Below, in pieces: positions 49,157-61,783 of a DNA stretch of 64,000 nucleotides. Origin of the DNA: Phyllosticta citribraziliensis (taxonomy: Eukaryota); the NCBI RefSeq assembly GCF_038025025.1, contig NW_027117339.1:1488001-1552000 (forward strand), in the 5' to 3' direction. Under the pieces are notes generated by a model. The model saw only the letters and a list, made by a program, of their open reading frames with translations. It did not search any database and was not told the DNA's origin. Each line of letters begins with the position of its first letter. The first letter of the stretch is position 1. Made by a program: the position numbers and the translations under genes.

Positions 49157-49495
49157 GGCGTGGAGATGTGTAGAGGCGAGTGCGGTGGAGGATGCACTGG
49201 CAGTGCTGAAGCCAAGGAAGTCGGCGAGCGGAACCGAACCAAGCAGTGGAAAGTCGGCGGGCAAACGTCGGCGCGGCGCAGTATCTAAGGCAGTAAGGCT
49301 ACCAGGTATTGCACTGTACCAAATGGAAAGAGCACCCAGAGAGTCAGTTTTGCGCGTTGGTGAGCGATTAATGTATCCAACAGATGTCTGATGGGGAGCA
49401 TTCACTTGCTTTGCCCGACGGCTCATAGGGAGCATTCCAGCGTCCATGGATATAGTCATGGGCCATGTACCTGTACCATGGCATCCTCGTAGGGC

Positions 49496-49527
49496 CCGGC
49501 AGGCCGGCAGGCCGGCAGGCCGGCAGG
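49496..49527. repeat. Tandem repeat (CCGGCAGG)4
   Basis: Four perfect 8-bp units in the MRPL22/PRP24 intergenic region. Confidence 0.9.
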
Positions 49528-49783
49528 CTTCCGAGCACGTGACGGACCAGGCGCGCAGCGATGATGTTGTAGCTAAGCACTGGGCAAGAAAGTCGAAACA
49601 GAGGCCTCTTGAACCGAATGGCAACCGAATGAATGGGTCAAGGTCCTGACTTGAGGTCCACGACAGATAGCCAGCAGCTCCGTCCGCGCCCCGCCATACC
49701 TGCCTGCCTGCATATTCACGCTTCAGTCGATGCTAGCTGCACTACCAGGCACAAGCACAAGGAAGAGCTCAACTCATCAGCCT

Positions 49784-49823
49784 CAGTCCAGTCCAGTTCA
49801 GTCCAGTCCAGTCCAGTCCAGTC
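49784..49823. repeat. Microsatellite (CAGTC)8
   Basis: Eight pentamers, one with the variant CAGTT. Confidence 0.9.
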
Positions 49824-50175
49824 CCGCCCCGCCCTGTCCATCGCCGTCCCTGTCGCTCTCGGTCAGGTCGCTCGTCGGTGCGCTGCGTTGCGTTGCGGTG
49901 CCGTGCGCCCTTCCGGTCTCCTTGGACTCGCTCGCTCGCTAGACCAGTCTGGGCATGCCTGGCCTCAGCTGCACTGTACATCTGCCCGCCGTGTAAAGTA
50001 CGGTACAGTACCTGTAACTTCTTGTTGCAACTTCTGTTGTTCTAGTCCGCGGTCCCGTGGCCTGCTCTGCTCCCGCTGCAAAGCTGCCAGCCGCCGCCGT
50101 TGCCGCAAGGAGCTGCTCCTCGCATGATACCGGTAGCTGGCCTAGCACACAAAATACTCGCTCGAGTAGCCGGCC

Positions 50176-53100
50176 ATGGACATCAACTCGCTGCTGTCGC
50201 CACAGGAATCGCCCGCCAGCGACACCACGCCGCCGCCTCAGCCGCCGCAGCAACACCATCACCACCACCACCACCACCATCCTCCTCCTCCTCCCCCCCA
50301 ATATCACCACTCGCCGCCGCAACAACCCCACCACCACCATCATCACCAGCGCCCCGGCCGCCACCAGACCAGGAAGTCCTCCGGTCTCAGCCAGTCCGTC
50401 AACGCCTACTCCTCTCCGCCGCCGCATCAAGAATATCTGCATCACCACCAACCGCAAACGCAAACGCAACCACAACCGCAACCACAACCACAGCCGCCCT
50501 ACCAGCACCACCACCAGCAGTCGCAACTGTCCACCTCCGCCGTCGCGCCGCATAACTACGTGGGGCAATACTCTCCAGCTCCCAATGTCTCGTCGCCTGG
50601 CTCATCCCACAACGGCCAGGGTCTGCTGAACGCTCCCAAAGCCACCGCACCAACCGCGCAATTGAGGAGCCCCCTCCAGCAGATTGCCGACCGCGAAGCT
50701 CGGAGTCAGCCGCCGCGCCGCCAAATCTCGACGCAGGGAATTGACGCTTTGGCAGGTTTGTCTTGCGTCATTCATTCTCGTCGTGGGTAGTAGCTGACAC
50801 GCCGCAGAAATCGCGTTGCAAAACCCCCACCAGCAGCCTGCCCGTCAGTCCCCAGCTGGCCTGCGCTCACCACACGTCTACCAGCGCCCGGCGTCCGTCT
50901 CTCGACCCACGAGGTGAGCCACAAGTCCGAATCCGTGCTCAATCAGCTTTTGCTGACCACAGTGCTAGCTACCAAAACATTTCAAGCCTTGCTCGGTCCC
51001 TTTCGTCAAACTCTAGCAAAGACGTCGCAATGTCGGACTCTTCGCAGTCGTCGCGCGTCCTATCTGCTGGCGCTCTTTCACCGGCCGACAACCAGGCTGT
51101 CAATGAACTGGTTGCGCACCTGAACGAAAAATCTTACGACTTTCCCTCTCATGCGCGCTTGGTGGGTCTCCTACACAAGGGCCTACACGACCACATCAAC
51201 CCACCAGACACCCCCGAAGTAAAGCGCGACCCGCGGACCTACGAGTTGCTCAACGAGCTTCGGCGCGCGCGGCTCTCCATGTCTTCAAAATTTGCAATGA
51301 CTGAGGATGCCTGGATCGCATGGCTCAACGACGAGAAGATGCTGTCGCGTTCCATCGACGACAGAATCGGCGTCATGGAATTGTGTGCCAAGGCCGTCCA
51401 AGAAGAGCCGGCCAGCGCTGCTCTGTGGCGGTTCTACGGCGACTACATGTACGAGCTGTGGGCTGCCGCATTCAGCGTGGAGCCATCAGACTGGACAGAG
51501 GACGAAAAGACTATCGGACGTGAGGCTTTTACATGGCAAACGATGACGGAGGTGTGGGAACAGGGGTTGGCCTCGACCCAATGGCATATGAATGACAGCA
51601 ATGTCGTCTGGGATCGGTGGATGGAAATCATGCTCGCCGACCTTGAGCGGCATCCGGACCCGCACGCGCAGCAGACGCTGAAGAATGCCTTTACCGACCG
51701 GCTGGTCAAGCCCCACGCCACGTGGGACAGCACGTTCCAAATGTTTTCGGGTTTCATTTCAAAGTACGAAAATGCTGCATATGAAGAGACCATGATGGTC
51801 ATGACCAAGCGCGCTGCGCAGTCAAAGCAGCAGTACTCGTTGCGCGAGCATTTCGAAACCAAGATTGACAGGGCCCTCAAAGCCGGAGACAAGGACGCAG
51901 AATGGGAGGTATATTCTCAGTACCTCGAATGGGAGCTGCGCAACAAGGGTGTCTTCAGCTTCAACATGATCAACGCTCTTTATGAGCGGGCGACTGTGCG
52001 CTTCTCGCTGGACGCAACGGTATGGGAAGACTACTTTCAGTTTCTGATCGAGCATCCCGACCCCGCGGTACCGGCGTTGCCCGTGCTGGAGCGAGCAACT
52101 AAGCACTGCCCATGGTCAGGAAATCTGTGGTCGCATTGGCTGCTCACTCTCGAAGCAGAGGGCAAGCCGTTCATCGATATGGAGAACGTCAAGCACAGAG
52201 CCACTGAAACTGGCTTGCTGGACGTTGGCGGCATGGAAGAGCTGCTCAAGGTTTACGTCGCGTGGTGTGGCTACCTGCGGCGGAAAGCATTCGACGTTGG
52301 CTCGACTGAAGATGACATTGACATTGCAGAGGTTGGCATCCGATCAGCACTAGAACACGTCAAGGAGATCGGAGAGCAACGATACGGCAAGAATTTCCAG
52401 GGAGATCCGCAGTACCGCTTGGAGAGAATCCACATCAAGTTTGTCACCCAGAACGGCCAGGTTGACGTGGCGCGTCAATGCTGGAAGGCTCTCATTCCAA
52501 AACAGGAGAACAGCTACGACTTTTGGTACCGCTACTACATTTTCGAAATGGTCCTGTGGTCCAAGTGGGTTATCCGGGACAAGGGCAACGCAGGTCAACC
52601 CCTCGAGTCTCCTCGAGAAGCCACCAATCTGCTGAGACAGGCGCTGAAACGCGTCGCGACAATGGATTGGCCAGAGCAACTCGTCCAAATGTTTCTTAAC
52701 CACTGTGAGCAACACGAGACTGTTCAGGAGTATCGCATCGCCATCCTCGAGACCCGGACTGCAAACAAGGATGTCGCGGCAAGGCGACAGAAGGAGGCTG
52801 CTGAAGCCGCCGAGGCGGCTGCCGCGTACCAGGCGCAGTTCTCGGCGGCTGCAGCAGACGTCGAGACTGAAGATGCTACCCTCAATGCGAAAAGGAAGAG
52901 GGACGGAGAGGCTGCTCTCGAGGAGAATGCGGCTAAGAAGAGCAAACAAGGGGATGCCGATGCTCCAAATTTCGAGACAACAGCCGCTCAGCCCAAGCGT
53001 GACCGGGAGCACACCACCATTATCGTGAAGAATATCCCGCAAGATGCTTCCGAGACGAGGATCCGCCAGTTCTTCCGGGGCTGCGGTAAGATCAACAGTC

Positions 53101-54593
53101 TTGCGCTGGTGACGGAGAAAGATGGAGTAAAGTCTGCAACTATCGAGTTTGAAACCCCAGAAGACGCTCAATTCGCTCAATCAAGAGATGGCAAGGACTT
53201 TGATGGCAACGCTGTTAAAATCTCACTGGGCACCGGCACAACGCTCTTCGTCGCAAATTACCCGCCGGAGGCAGACGAAAAGTACATGCGAAACCTGTTT
53301 GGCCAATATGGAGAGGTCGTTCAAGTGCGATTCCCATCGCTGAAATACAACACCCACCGCCGGTTCTGCTACGTTTCCTTTGCCTCAGGCGAAGAGGCCG
53401 ACGCTGCCTCGCGAGCACTCGACGGCGCCGGTCTGAGTGGTGGCCTCAAACTTGTTGCAAAATTATCAGACCCAAATCGTGCTGAGGCTCGCCATGGTGC
53501 TCAGTATGAGGGTCGGGAAGTGGTTGTTGGCAACGTGCACAACGGCGCTTCGGAACAGGAAATCAAGGATTTCATCAACGACTACGCTCCCGACGGCCTA
53601 CAAAGCGTGCGCGTTCCTCTCAATGTGTCAGGTAAAAACAAGGGCGTCGCCTTTGTAGTCTATGACACCAAGGACAACGCCCAAAAGGCCTGTGAGCTGC
53701 TTGAAGCCAAAGCACTCCGTCACCGCATTGTCCGCGCCAATATATCCGACCCTGACCGCGGCAAAACTAAACGCCACGCCACGACTGTGATAGGTACCAA
53801 CCCTAATGCAGCATCAGCGTCTCCTGAGCCCAGCTCCAACAGCCCTACCGCAGCCACCAATGGCAACGGTGTTCATGAGTCTGGCCCGGATACCCGCCGC
53901 GAACGCACGATTGCCCTCATGAACATACCCGATACAGTCAACGACGCACGCGTCCGCGCACTCCTGACACCATTTGGCCCTCTCCGGAAGCTCATTCTAA
54001 TGCCCGAGCATGGCGGTGCCATTGTAGAATTCGTCAATGTCGCAGACGCTGGCCGCGCAGCGCTCGGCGTCGAAGGACAGGAGGTCGCAGAGGGTGCTCG
54101 GGTCCGAGTCGGCAGCGTGGAAGAAATGAAGCGTGAAAGGGGCACGGAGAGGGCGCAAAAGGGGCAGTTTGGTGAGAAGGGCAAGGGAGGCGCAAAGAAG
54201 AACGCAAAGGACGGAGAAGCCTCCAAGACCGATGGAAACTCTGCCTCGTCGTCTGGCCTCGCTCTGGCGCCACAGGCTCCCCGCGTCAATCGACCAGGCC
54301 AGTCGCGCGGCAGCCGCCGGGGCGGACTGGGCGTCAAGCGCGGCGCGCCTGCCGGTCTTCCGTCGAGAGCAACAGCAGCAGCAGCAGTAGAGAAGGGGGG
54401 TAATGATGTTGAGATGGGCGGTACGGGCGCGGCTGCTGCTGCAGGGTCCTCGACCCGCAAGAGCAACGCGGACTTCAAGGCCATGTTCCTTGCGAGCAAA
54501 CAAGACCAGCAGGAAAAGGAGAAATCTGCAGCCCCACCTGCGGAGGCTGACGGCGGAGGAGGAGGAGGAGGAGGAGCCGAGAGAAAAGAATAG
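50176..54593 (+). CDS. PRP24: U4/U6 recycling factor Prp24/SART3 (HAT repeats, four RRMs, LSm-binding motif) with His/Pro/Gln-rich N-terminal extension
   Basis: HAT-like Trp/Tyr-rich helices (ALYERA, LERATKHCPWSGNLW). RRMs (LFVANYP, RRFCYVSF, KGVAFVVY). KSNADFKAMFL motif. Introns 50756-50807 and 50914-50968 keep the frame from ATG 50176. Confidence 0.9.
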
Positions 54594-55190
54594 AAGCCGT
54601 CAAGTGGGTGGAGCGGTCAAAGGAAAAAGTTCATTTTGAGATGAAGGAATAAAAGAGGCGAAGAAGCAGGAGAAGGCGAAGAAAGGTCAATTGAATCGAA
54701 GGAGTGGGGTTACTGGAATTGTTTTGCATAAATTTTCTCGCTGTTTTTCTATTCTCTCTGTCTTTTTCCTCTCCCAACACATGGCAACCTGATTGGTCGC
54801 TGCTGTAGCTCAAGGGAGACTAGTGCGCCTGCATGTCGACATATGAATGGGGCTGAAAGCGCGCGTAGGGGTGGGGGTGGGTGGTAGCTGAGGTAGTACG
54901 TATATGGTACTGGTAGTTGAGTCGAGTTGTCGTATAGCAGCAGCAGCACGCTGATTGATCGGATCAAAATCAGTCAATCAAGAGTCAATTCTATGGAGTG
55001 GAATCTGGTATCTCTCATTTTGCTCACGCGTATTCGGATGTAGAGCAAAAAGATGTCTACAAGACTGTTGTGTAGGACCAGAGGGCGGAGAGGAAATGTT
55101 TGGGATTACTCATTTTTTGTAGAGGTGTGATCTACAAGAAGCGACGAGATGGAGTCATGTTGAGCAAGCAGAAGGAACCTGTGACACCGC

Positions 55191-56563
55191 CTATTTCCTT
55201 CCCAGCTTCTTCTTGAGCTCCGCAAGCTTCCTCTGGCGCTCCTCCATGGCAACCATCTGCTCCACGTCCTGGTTCTTCTGCCACTGGCGGACGCTCTCCA
55301 TGACAGTCCCGAGGTTAGGCCCGCCCTCGATGACATCGTACAAGGCCATGAGAGTGACGCCACTGCGGTGATCCGACACGCGGCCCTGGCCAAAGTTGTA
55401 CGTGCGAATCTTGTGCTCGCGGCCCTGCTTCGCGGGCCCAACGACGCTACGGCGCATCTCGACCTCTTGCTCCTCGCGCTTCTCGCGGCGCGCTTGGGCG
55501 ATGCGCGCGCGCAGCAGCGTCCACGCCTTGTCCTTGTTCGCGTGCTGGCTCCGCGAGTCCTGCATCGAGACGACCGTGTTGGTCGGCATGTGCGTGAGCC
55601 GCACCGCCGACTCGGTCCTGTTAACGTGCTGCCCGCCGGCGCCGCCCGCTCGCATCACCTCGACGCGGACCTGCTTGGGGTCGAGGTAGTAGTCGCTGTT
55701 GGGGTCAGTGGCATCCTCGCTGCCGCTGCCGCTGGCCGGGAAGCTGGGCAGCACGAGCACCGTCGCTGTGCTTGTGTGTGTCCGCCCCATGCTCTCTGTT
55801 ACTGGGACGCGCTGGACCCGGTGCACCCCCGATTCGCCGCGGAACCTGTCGTATGCCCCTTCTTCGTTGATTTCGAGAATCGCTTCGGTGACGGGCTCTA
55901 CGGAAGAGCTGGCGCCGCCGCTGCCCGTGTTCACGTCGGCCCTGTCTAGCTTCAGCAGCGAGGAGCGCAGTCCTTCGCGCGAGCAAAATGCTTGGTACAT
56001 GTACAGCAGGTCGCCAGCGAACAGCGTAGCTTCTTGTCCTCCGATGCCCGGCCGTATTTCGAGAAGGCAGGGCAGGTGCGCAAACGGGTGTTTAGGGATC
56101 AATGCTTTGGTCAGCGAGTCGGACGCGTCGTTGAGCTGGTCGACAGTCGCGGTCAGGTCTTCGGCAGCGAGTTCGCGCAGTTCTGGGTCCGCCTTGTGGT
56201 CACCGAGGATCTTTTGCAGCTCTGCGAGGGCCTGCATGAGCGGTCAGAGTGGGTGTGTTGCTGTCGAGCTGGTTTGAAGTGTACCTCGCTGGCTTTTGTC
56301 CAGGTCTTGTATGCCTCTGTAATGTGGGACATCTCACCGGCTTTTTTGGCCGTGGCCATGTCGTACTTTTCCATGAGCTTCTGCTCCAATTGCTCCTGTT
56401 CGGCCACGAGCCTGCGCGCTCGCGACACGACGGCCGGAGGCAATGCGACGGGAGGCGCTACATCCTGCGCTGTAGATGTGGATTGGAAGCGGAGGGAGAT
56501 GTGTCGGATGGGTAGGTGTGGCCGGAGGCGATATGCTCTGCACAGCCAGCCAAAGCTGTTCAT
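55191..56563 (-). CDS. MRF1: Mitochondrial peptide chain release factor 1
   Basis: Presequence-like N-terminus. EIRPGIGGQEA, ESGVHRVQRVPVTE..GRTHTS (PxT motif), GAGGQHVN (GGQ), SRSQHANK, IRTYNF.Q.RVSDHR. Intron 56232-56284. Confidence 0.93.
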
Positions 56564-57077
56564 GGTGGAGAAAAGACGGTGGACATGACGGCGTCGAGAT
56601 TAAGTTCAGGCACTGAGTGAGTGACGTGCAGAGCGGAGCGGAGCGGCGATGGTCTGTGTGAGCGGACTTGGCAGGACGGCGGAACGTCTTGAATCCCGCA
56701 AATGATTGACGAGTGATTGGTCTCTTGCATTGCTCTCCCTCTGTTCATGTATCAATCGACTTGACCGAGGCCTGTCTAGCCCCATGTCACCGGTCCATCG
56801 GTGCGGTGCCGACTGTCGCGGGCGGCGAAACGACCGGGCCTCTGGCTCTTGCCTATCACGTCAGTCATCGGCACCACCCCGCAGACCACCGGCCATGGAT
56901 AAAGTGGGATGTCCCTCCACGACATTTCACGTCGCTTCTCGTCCCATCGTGACTCTTACTCACAAATCTTTTTTGTCTCTAGATTCTTGTATCGAGTTGT
57001 CTTTCGTATCTGCCGTCCCCCCAACCGAGTGACTACTGCTAGACCACTCCTAGGCCGATCGACTGACTTCTGCCACG

Positions 57078-58985
57078 ATGCCCCTCAATTCCCAGGCTAT
57101 ATATCCTGCTGCTGACCCGGAATTCATCAATTTCCCCAGTCGGCGCAGCACCGTCCATAGTACGAAGGGAATTGTAGCCTCGACGCAGCCACTTGCATCT
57201 CAAGCAGGTATCCGGATCCTTAGAGAAGGTGGAAATGCCGCTGTCAGTCTCCATGTTTGATCCCAAAAGTAATGTTCTCACGAAAATAGGACGCTGCTGT
57301 TGCCGTGGCCGCGGCGCTCAACATGACCGAGCCTGGATCGACAGGTATCGGTGGTGACTGCTTCTGCCTCTTCTACGAGGCAAAGACTCGCAAGGTCCAC
57401 GCATTGAATGGCTCTGGCCGTTCGGGTGCCAATGTTACCTTGGACTTGATCCGCAAGGACTTGGGAATACCCGAGGATCAAGTGGGCAGCATCCCCATGA
57501 CCAGTGTACATGCAGTCACCGTGCCCGGAGCAGCGGCAGGTTGGGTAGACACTGTCCAAAGATTTGGCAGTGGTAAACTGAGCCTCGAGCAAATCCTTGC
57601 TCCAGCAATCGAGCTGGGAGAGGAGGGATTCCCCGTGTCAGAGCTGTCATCAACTTTTGTACGTCGTTTGAAGTAAATCCGGCTCGTTCTCAGCACTGAC
57701 TATGGATTAGTGGCATAACAGCGAGCACACGATCAGGAAGGCATCGCCAAACTTTGTAGAAATGCTCAAGAAAGATCCAACTGCCCCCGCGGGCTGTCGT
57801 GTTCCCAAACCAGGAGAGATCTTTAAGAACCCAACTTTGGCAAACACCTTCAGACTTCTTGCGAAAAATGGAAAGAAGGGCTTCTATGAAGGTCCAGTGG
57901 CCGAGGCCTTGGTCAAGGTCGTGCAAGACCTCGGTGGTCATCTGACCTTGGAAGACTTGAAGTCCCATGCTGAACTGGGCAGCGAGGCCCCTGACGCGAT
58001 CTCTCTCAAGTTCCGAGGCCAAGGGGTCGGAGAGAACCATGAAGGCGACGAAGGGGTGGAATTGTGGGAGCATCCACCCAACGGCCAGGGCATTGTTGCT
58101 CTCATGGCCCTAGGTATCTTGCAGGAGCTGGAGAAGGCAGGCAAGATTCCCAAGTTCCGCCCTCAGGACCACAATTCTGCCGAACACATTCACGCTGTGG
58201 TAGAAGCTCTTCGTATCGCATTTGCTGATGCGAACTGGTGGGTGACGGACCCAATCGTCGAGAATGTACCCACAAAAGAACTCATCTCGGAGGCATACCT
58301 GGCTGAGCGCGCAAAGCTCTTCGATCCCTCCAAAGCTTCGGAGATTCTTGACCACGGGTCGCCTGCTCACAACCACAGCGATACTGTTTATTTTGCCTGC
58401 GCAGACAGCGAAGGCAACGGCATGTCGTTCATCAACAGCAACTACGGCGGTTACGGGACAGCCATCATCCCTCAGGGCTGTGGTTTCACTCTTCAAAACC
58501 GGGGTGCCAATTTCTCTCTGAGAAAAGACCATCCCAACGTCTTCAAGCCTGGCAAGCGTCCGTATCACACCATCATCCCCGCCATGATAACGAACCCATC
58601 GGACGGCAGCCTTCACACGGTATATGGCGTCATGGGCGGTTTCATGCAGCCTCAGGGACACGTCCAGGTACTGCTCAACACGCTCGTCTTTCAGCTGACC
58701 CCGCAGGCTGCGCTTGATGCTCCGCGCGTCTGCATCGGAGCGGGTATGCCGGATCAGAGCAACAAGAACAGGGGCCTTGACCGCACGGTGTACCTGGAGG
58801 AGGGCGTCAAGCCAGAAGTGGCAGTGAAGCTCGAGGAGATGGGCCATAAGGTCGCAATTGTCAAAGGACACCAGCGGGGGCTGTTTGGACGAGGGCAGGT
58901 GATTCGGTGCCATGAGGAGGATGGACAAGTGGTCTGGAGCGCGGGTAGTGATCCAAGGGGAGACGGCGCGGCGATGCCATTGTGA
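57078..58985 (+). CDS. Gamma-glutamyltranspeptidase-like Ntn hydrolase (cytosolic YwrD/LmbA-like type)
   Basis: [40 protein letters not shown] (Thr nucleophile), [29 protein letters not shown]. No N-terminal signal anchor. Introns 57243-57289 and 57659-57710. Confidence 0.92.
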
Positions 58986-59512
58986 GCATTAGGTACCATG
59001 GTAGGGGGAGTGTCAAATATTATTAGGTGCCTGGATCAAAAGCACCTCAGCCACGTGGGAGTGGTGCGGTGACGGTGAGGTGGAGGTCGGGTGGGCGGGC
59101 GGGATGTGCACAGGGGCAGGGCAGCCGCAACCTAACTGCGATAATGGATGCCGACAATAGCCCGCGCTTTGGCCCTTCCTATTCCTTTGCATCGGCTTTC
59201 CACCGACTTTGTTCCCAGGCACGCCCACTACCTACATCCCCCCTCACAACCACCTCTGCAAAACCGGTCCTGGCCCAGATGACCTTCTTTTGAGACCCTT
59301 CTACCACGCCCGTCTGACACCTGTACAACATCAAACGTTTTGCAATCCAGGCAAGTCTCCTACGCCCACCGCTCTTACTCATCCATGAGGGGCCCATGTG
59401 CCACGACCGGACCGGGGTGTGAAAGACATACTGACCTTGTCACAACACAGACACCTCGAACCAAGCTTGTCAACGTCAACGCCGACCATCAACACTACCT
59501 CCCCCTCTGCCC

Positions 59513-60421
59513 ATGGACTCGATGCGCAGTCTCAACACGTCGCTGCCCCCTGCGAGGCGGCGGACGCAGCCCTCGGCACCTTTGTTGCAGGCGTTTAAGA
59601 GCGCCGCATTGCAGGTGACAAACCTATACAAAGCGGCGGCCTCCGATCGGGAAAACGCTCACGATGAGGGCTACCAGGCAGCCCTGGAGGATCTACTGAG
59701 CTTCATGGACGCCGAGAATCTCGGGGTCGGAGATGGCGAGGGCTGGCGCGTTCGGCAATGGGCTACGGAGCATCTACAAGATGGCTTGATGGGCAATTCT
59801 GTGGGCGACAGCGATGACGAGCCGGAAGAGGAGCAGCGCGCTCGAAGTTCGAGTCCGGCAGTACAAAGAAACCCCGATCGCCACCAGGCCACGTCTATGA
59901 CAACATCTGCATCTACAAACAATGCGAACCCCACCCCTGCGCAGACAAACCTCCGCAGCTCCACAACTCCAGAACCGCAACCGGAGATTTTGCCCTCGTT
60001 CGACGGCTCGTCGGTACCAAAGGCCGACTTTACCTTCCGCGCCTCTCAGTCCCTGCCACCGCCTTCGCACGACCTTGACATGGCAAACGACGTTGACAAC
60101 ACCGATGGAGCTGAAGACGCTGACAGCACCCGTCCTCCGACCTCTCCGGTTCAGATCAACCTCCGTCACAACCGCCCTCACCACCGCAACAGCCGTCCCA
60201 GCTCCACGCGTTCCAACCACAACAGAGAAAGCAGTCGTGCTGCAGCCGCTGCCGCTGCGGCTGCCACCGCTGCGGCCATGGCCGGCTTGGGAAACTTGGG
60301 ACAAGGGGCTGGCTCCAAACGAAGGGTCCCATTTGGTGATGTTTTCGACATCGGTCCTGGGAATGGAAACGGGAGGGATGGATTTGGCAATGGGGGCGGA
60401 AAGAGGGGCAGATGGACATGA
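59513..60421 (+). CDS. Conserved fungal protein, possibly TAPR1/HAPSTR1-like (YJR056C-type)
   Basis: LLQAFKSAALQVTNLYK...GYQAALEDLL.F N-terminal helical domain, disordered tail and terminal KRGR NLS-like motif. Family assignment is from memory of the motif. Confidence 0.6.
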   Translation: MDSMRSLNTSLPPARRRTQPSAPLLQAFKSAALQVTNLYKAAASDRENAHDEGYQAALEDLLSFMDAENLGVGDGEGWRVRQWATEHLQDGLMGNSVGDSDDEPEEEQRARSSSPAVQRNPDRHQATSMTTSASTNNANPTPAQTNLRSSTTPEPQPEILPSFDGSSVPKADFTFRASQSLPPPSHDLDMANDVDNTDGAEDADSTRPPTSPVQINLRHNRPHHRNSRPSSTRSNHNRESSRAAAAAAAAATAAAMAGLGNLGQGAGSKRRVPFGDVFDIGPGNGNGRDGFGNGGGKRGRWT

Positions 60422-61585
60422 AGCACTCATCTTGATGCAAGAATCTTCAGTCATGCCCTACAACATCTATATCGGAACGACGAGTTGGACGCGCCAGGAA
60501 AGCGGCAAACGAGGAGGATTAGAAAGAGGCTAGGGTAGATTAAGAGATGGAATGCCGTGTCTGTTGCTGAAATGGCTTGACATGGCCTGGCGTGGTGATC
60601 TTTGGGACATGGTGGCCTGGTTTGGTGGGCGTAAAGACACCATTTGGACGAATTCGCAGCCGCCACTCAGGACGCCGCCGCGCCCATGGAGAAAGAGGAC
60701 CGCCACGACTCCATCACACCGCCACAAGGGACGAGATATTGGCCGAAACTGACGACAAACGACACAACAAACGGGAAACGGTGTGTAGGCGGGGGACATA
60801 CAACGAGGGATACGCGGCCGACGATATGTGAGGTTGACCAGGACGAGACCGGAGGAATCAGGTTGCTTGCTCATTTTGCATTGGTCATTCGATTCACATC
60901 CTCATGGCATTCTGTGGATTCTTACCATTCACTCATATTCCACGATCAATTTTTTTGGCGGGCATACGGAGTTTTTCATTCTTTCTCCTTGGTCTGTTGC
61001 CTTTGATCTTTTTTGTGTTCTTTCGGCTGGCCAGCTTGTCTCCTTGTGGCTTTTGCATCACGTCATATCATCATCATCATTATCATTACCATGGTCACTG
61101 CATTCGGTATGATTCGGTATACAAGCATGCATGCTACATATGCCTAGCGAGTTCTGCGATCAAATCATTACGAGTTGGAACGGGATGGCCTGGTTTGAGC
61201 CGCCTCTCTGTTTATACTATTCACGGAGGTCTTGGGGCCGCGCTGGGCAGTCTGATGTCGATTAGCAAGGGCGAGGGTACAGGGGAGGCCGCAGGAATAG
61301 AATAATGAATAGATCCGATTGAACATTCACCTGTCATGGAAAGAGATACACTGTGTCACTTTCAAGTGGTGGACTAGGGAGCATTCGTACGCTGCACCCT
61401 AGAGGCACTGCACTGGGAGGCTTCGTACCTTGCCCGTTGATTGCCACGCGTTGAGGAGCATTCGTGTCCTGGCCCCCGTACAGTGGTGGTGGCCATTGGC
61501 ACTATATAAACCATACAACTGCGGATTTCCACTCAGAATTCTCTCCATCCCTCTACAACCAACAATTCTTCTTCTTCACGCCGAA

Positions 61586-61753
61586 AATCTTCTTCCACAG
61601 TCAGAACATCATCTTCCGAAGTCAAAACTTCATCTTCCCAAGCCAGGACATCATCTTCCCAAGTCAGGACATCAACTTCCCAAGCCAGGACATCGTCTTC
61701 CCAAGCCAGGACATCGTCTTCCCAAGCCAGGACATCATCTTCCGAAGTCAGGT
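61586..61753. repeat. 21-bp minisatellite (consensus CATCATCTTCCCAAGCCAGGA), 7 copies plus a degenerate flanking copy
   Basis: Units start at 61607, 61628, 61649, 61670, 61691, 61712 and 61733, with a degenerate unit at 61586. Confidence 0.92.
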
Positions 61754-61783
61754 CAGTTTCACAACTTCGGAAGTTTGGAGAAG

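Noticed and set aside
61586..61753. Regular repeats that might suggest a CRISPR array
   Set aside because: The units are directly adjacent with no unique spacers, there are no cas genes, and the context is eukaryotic.
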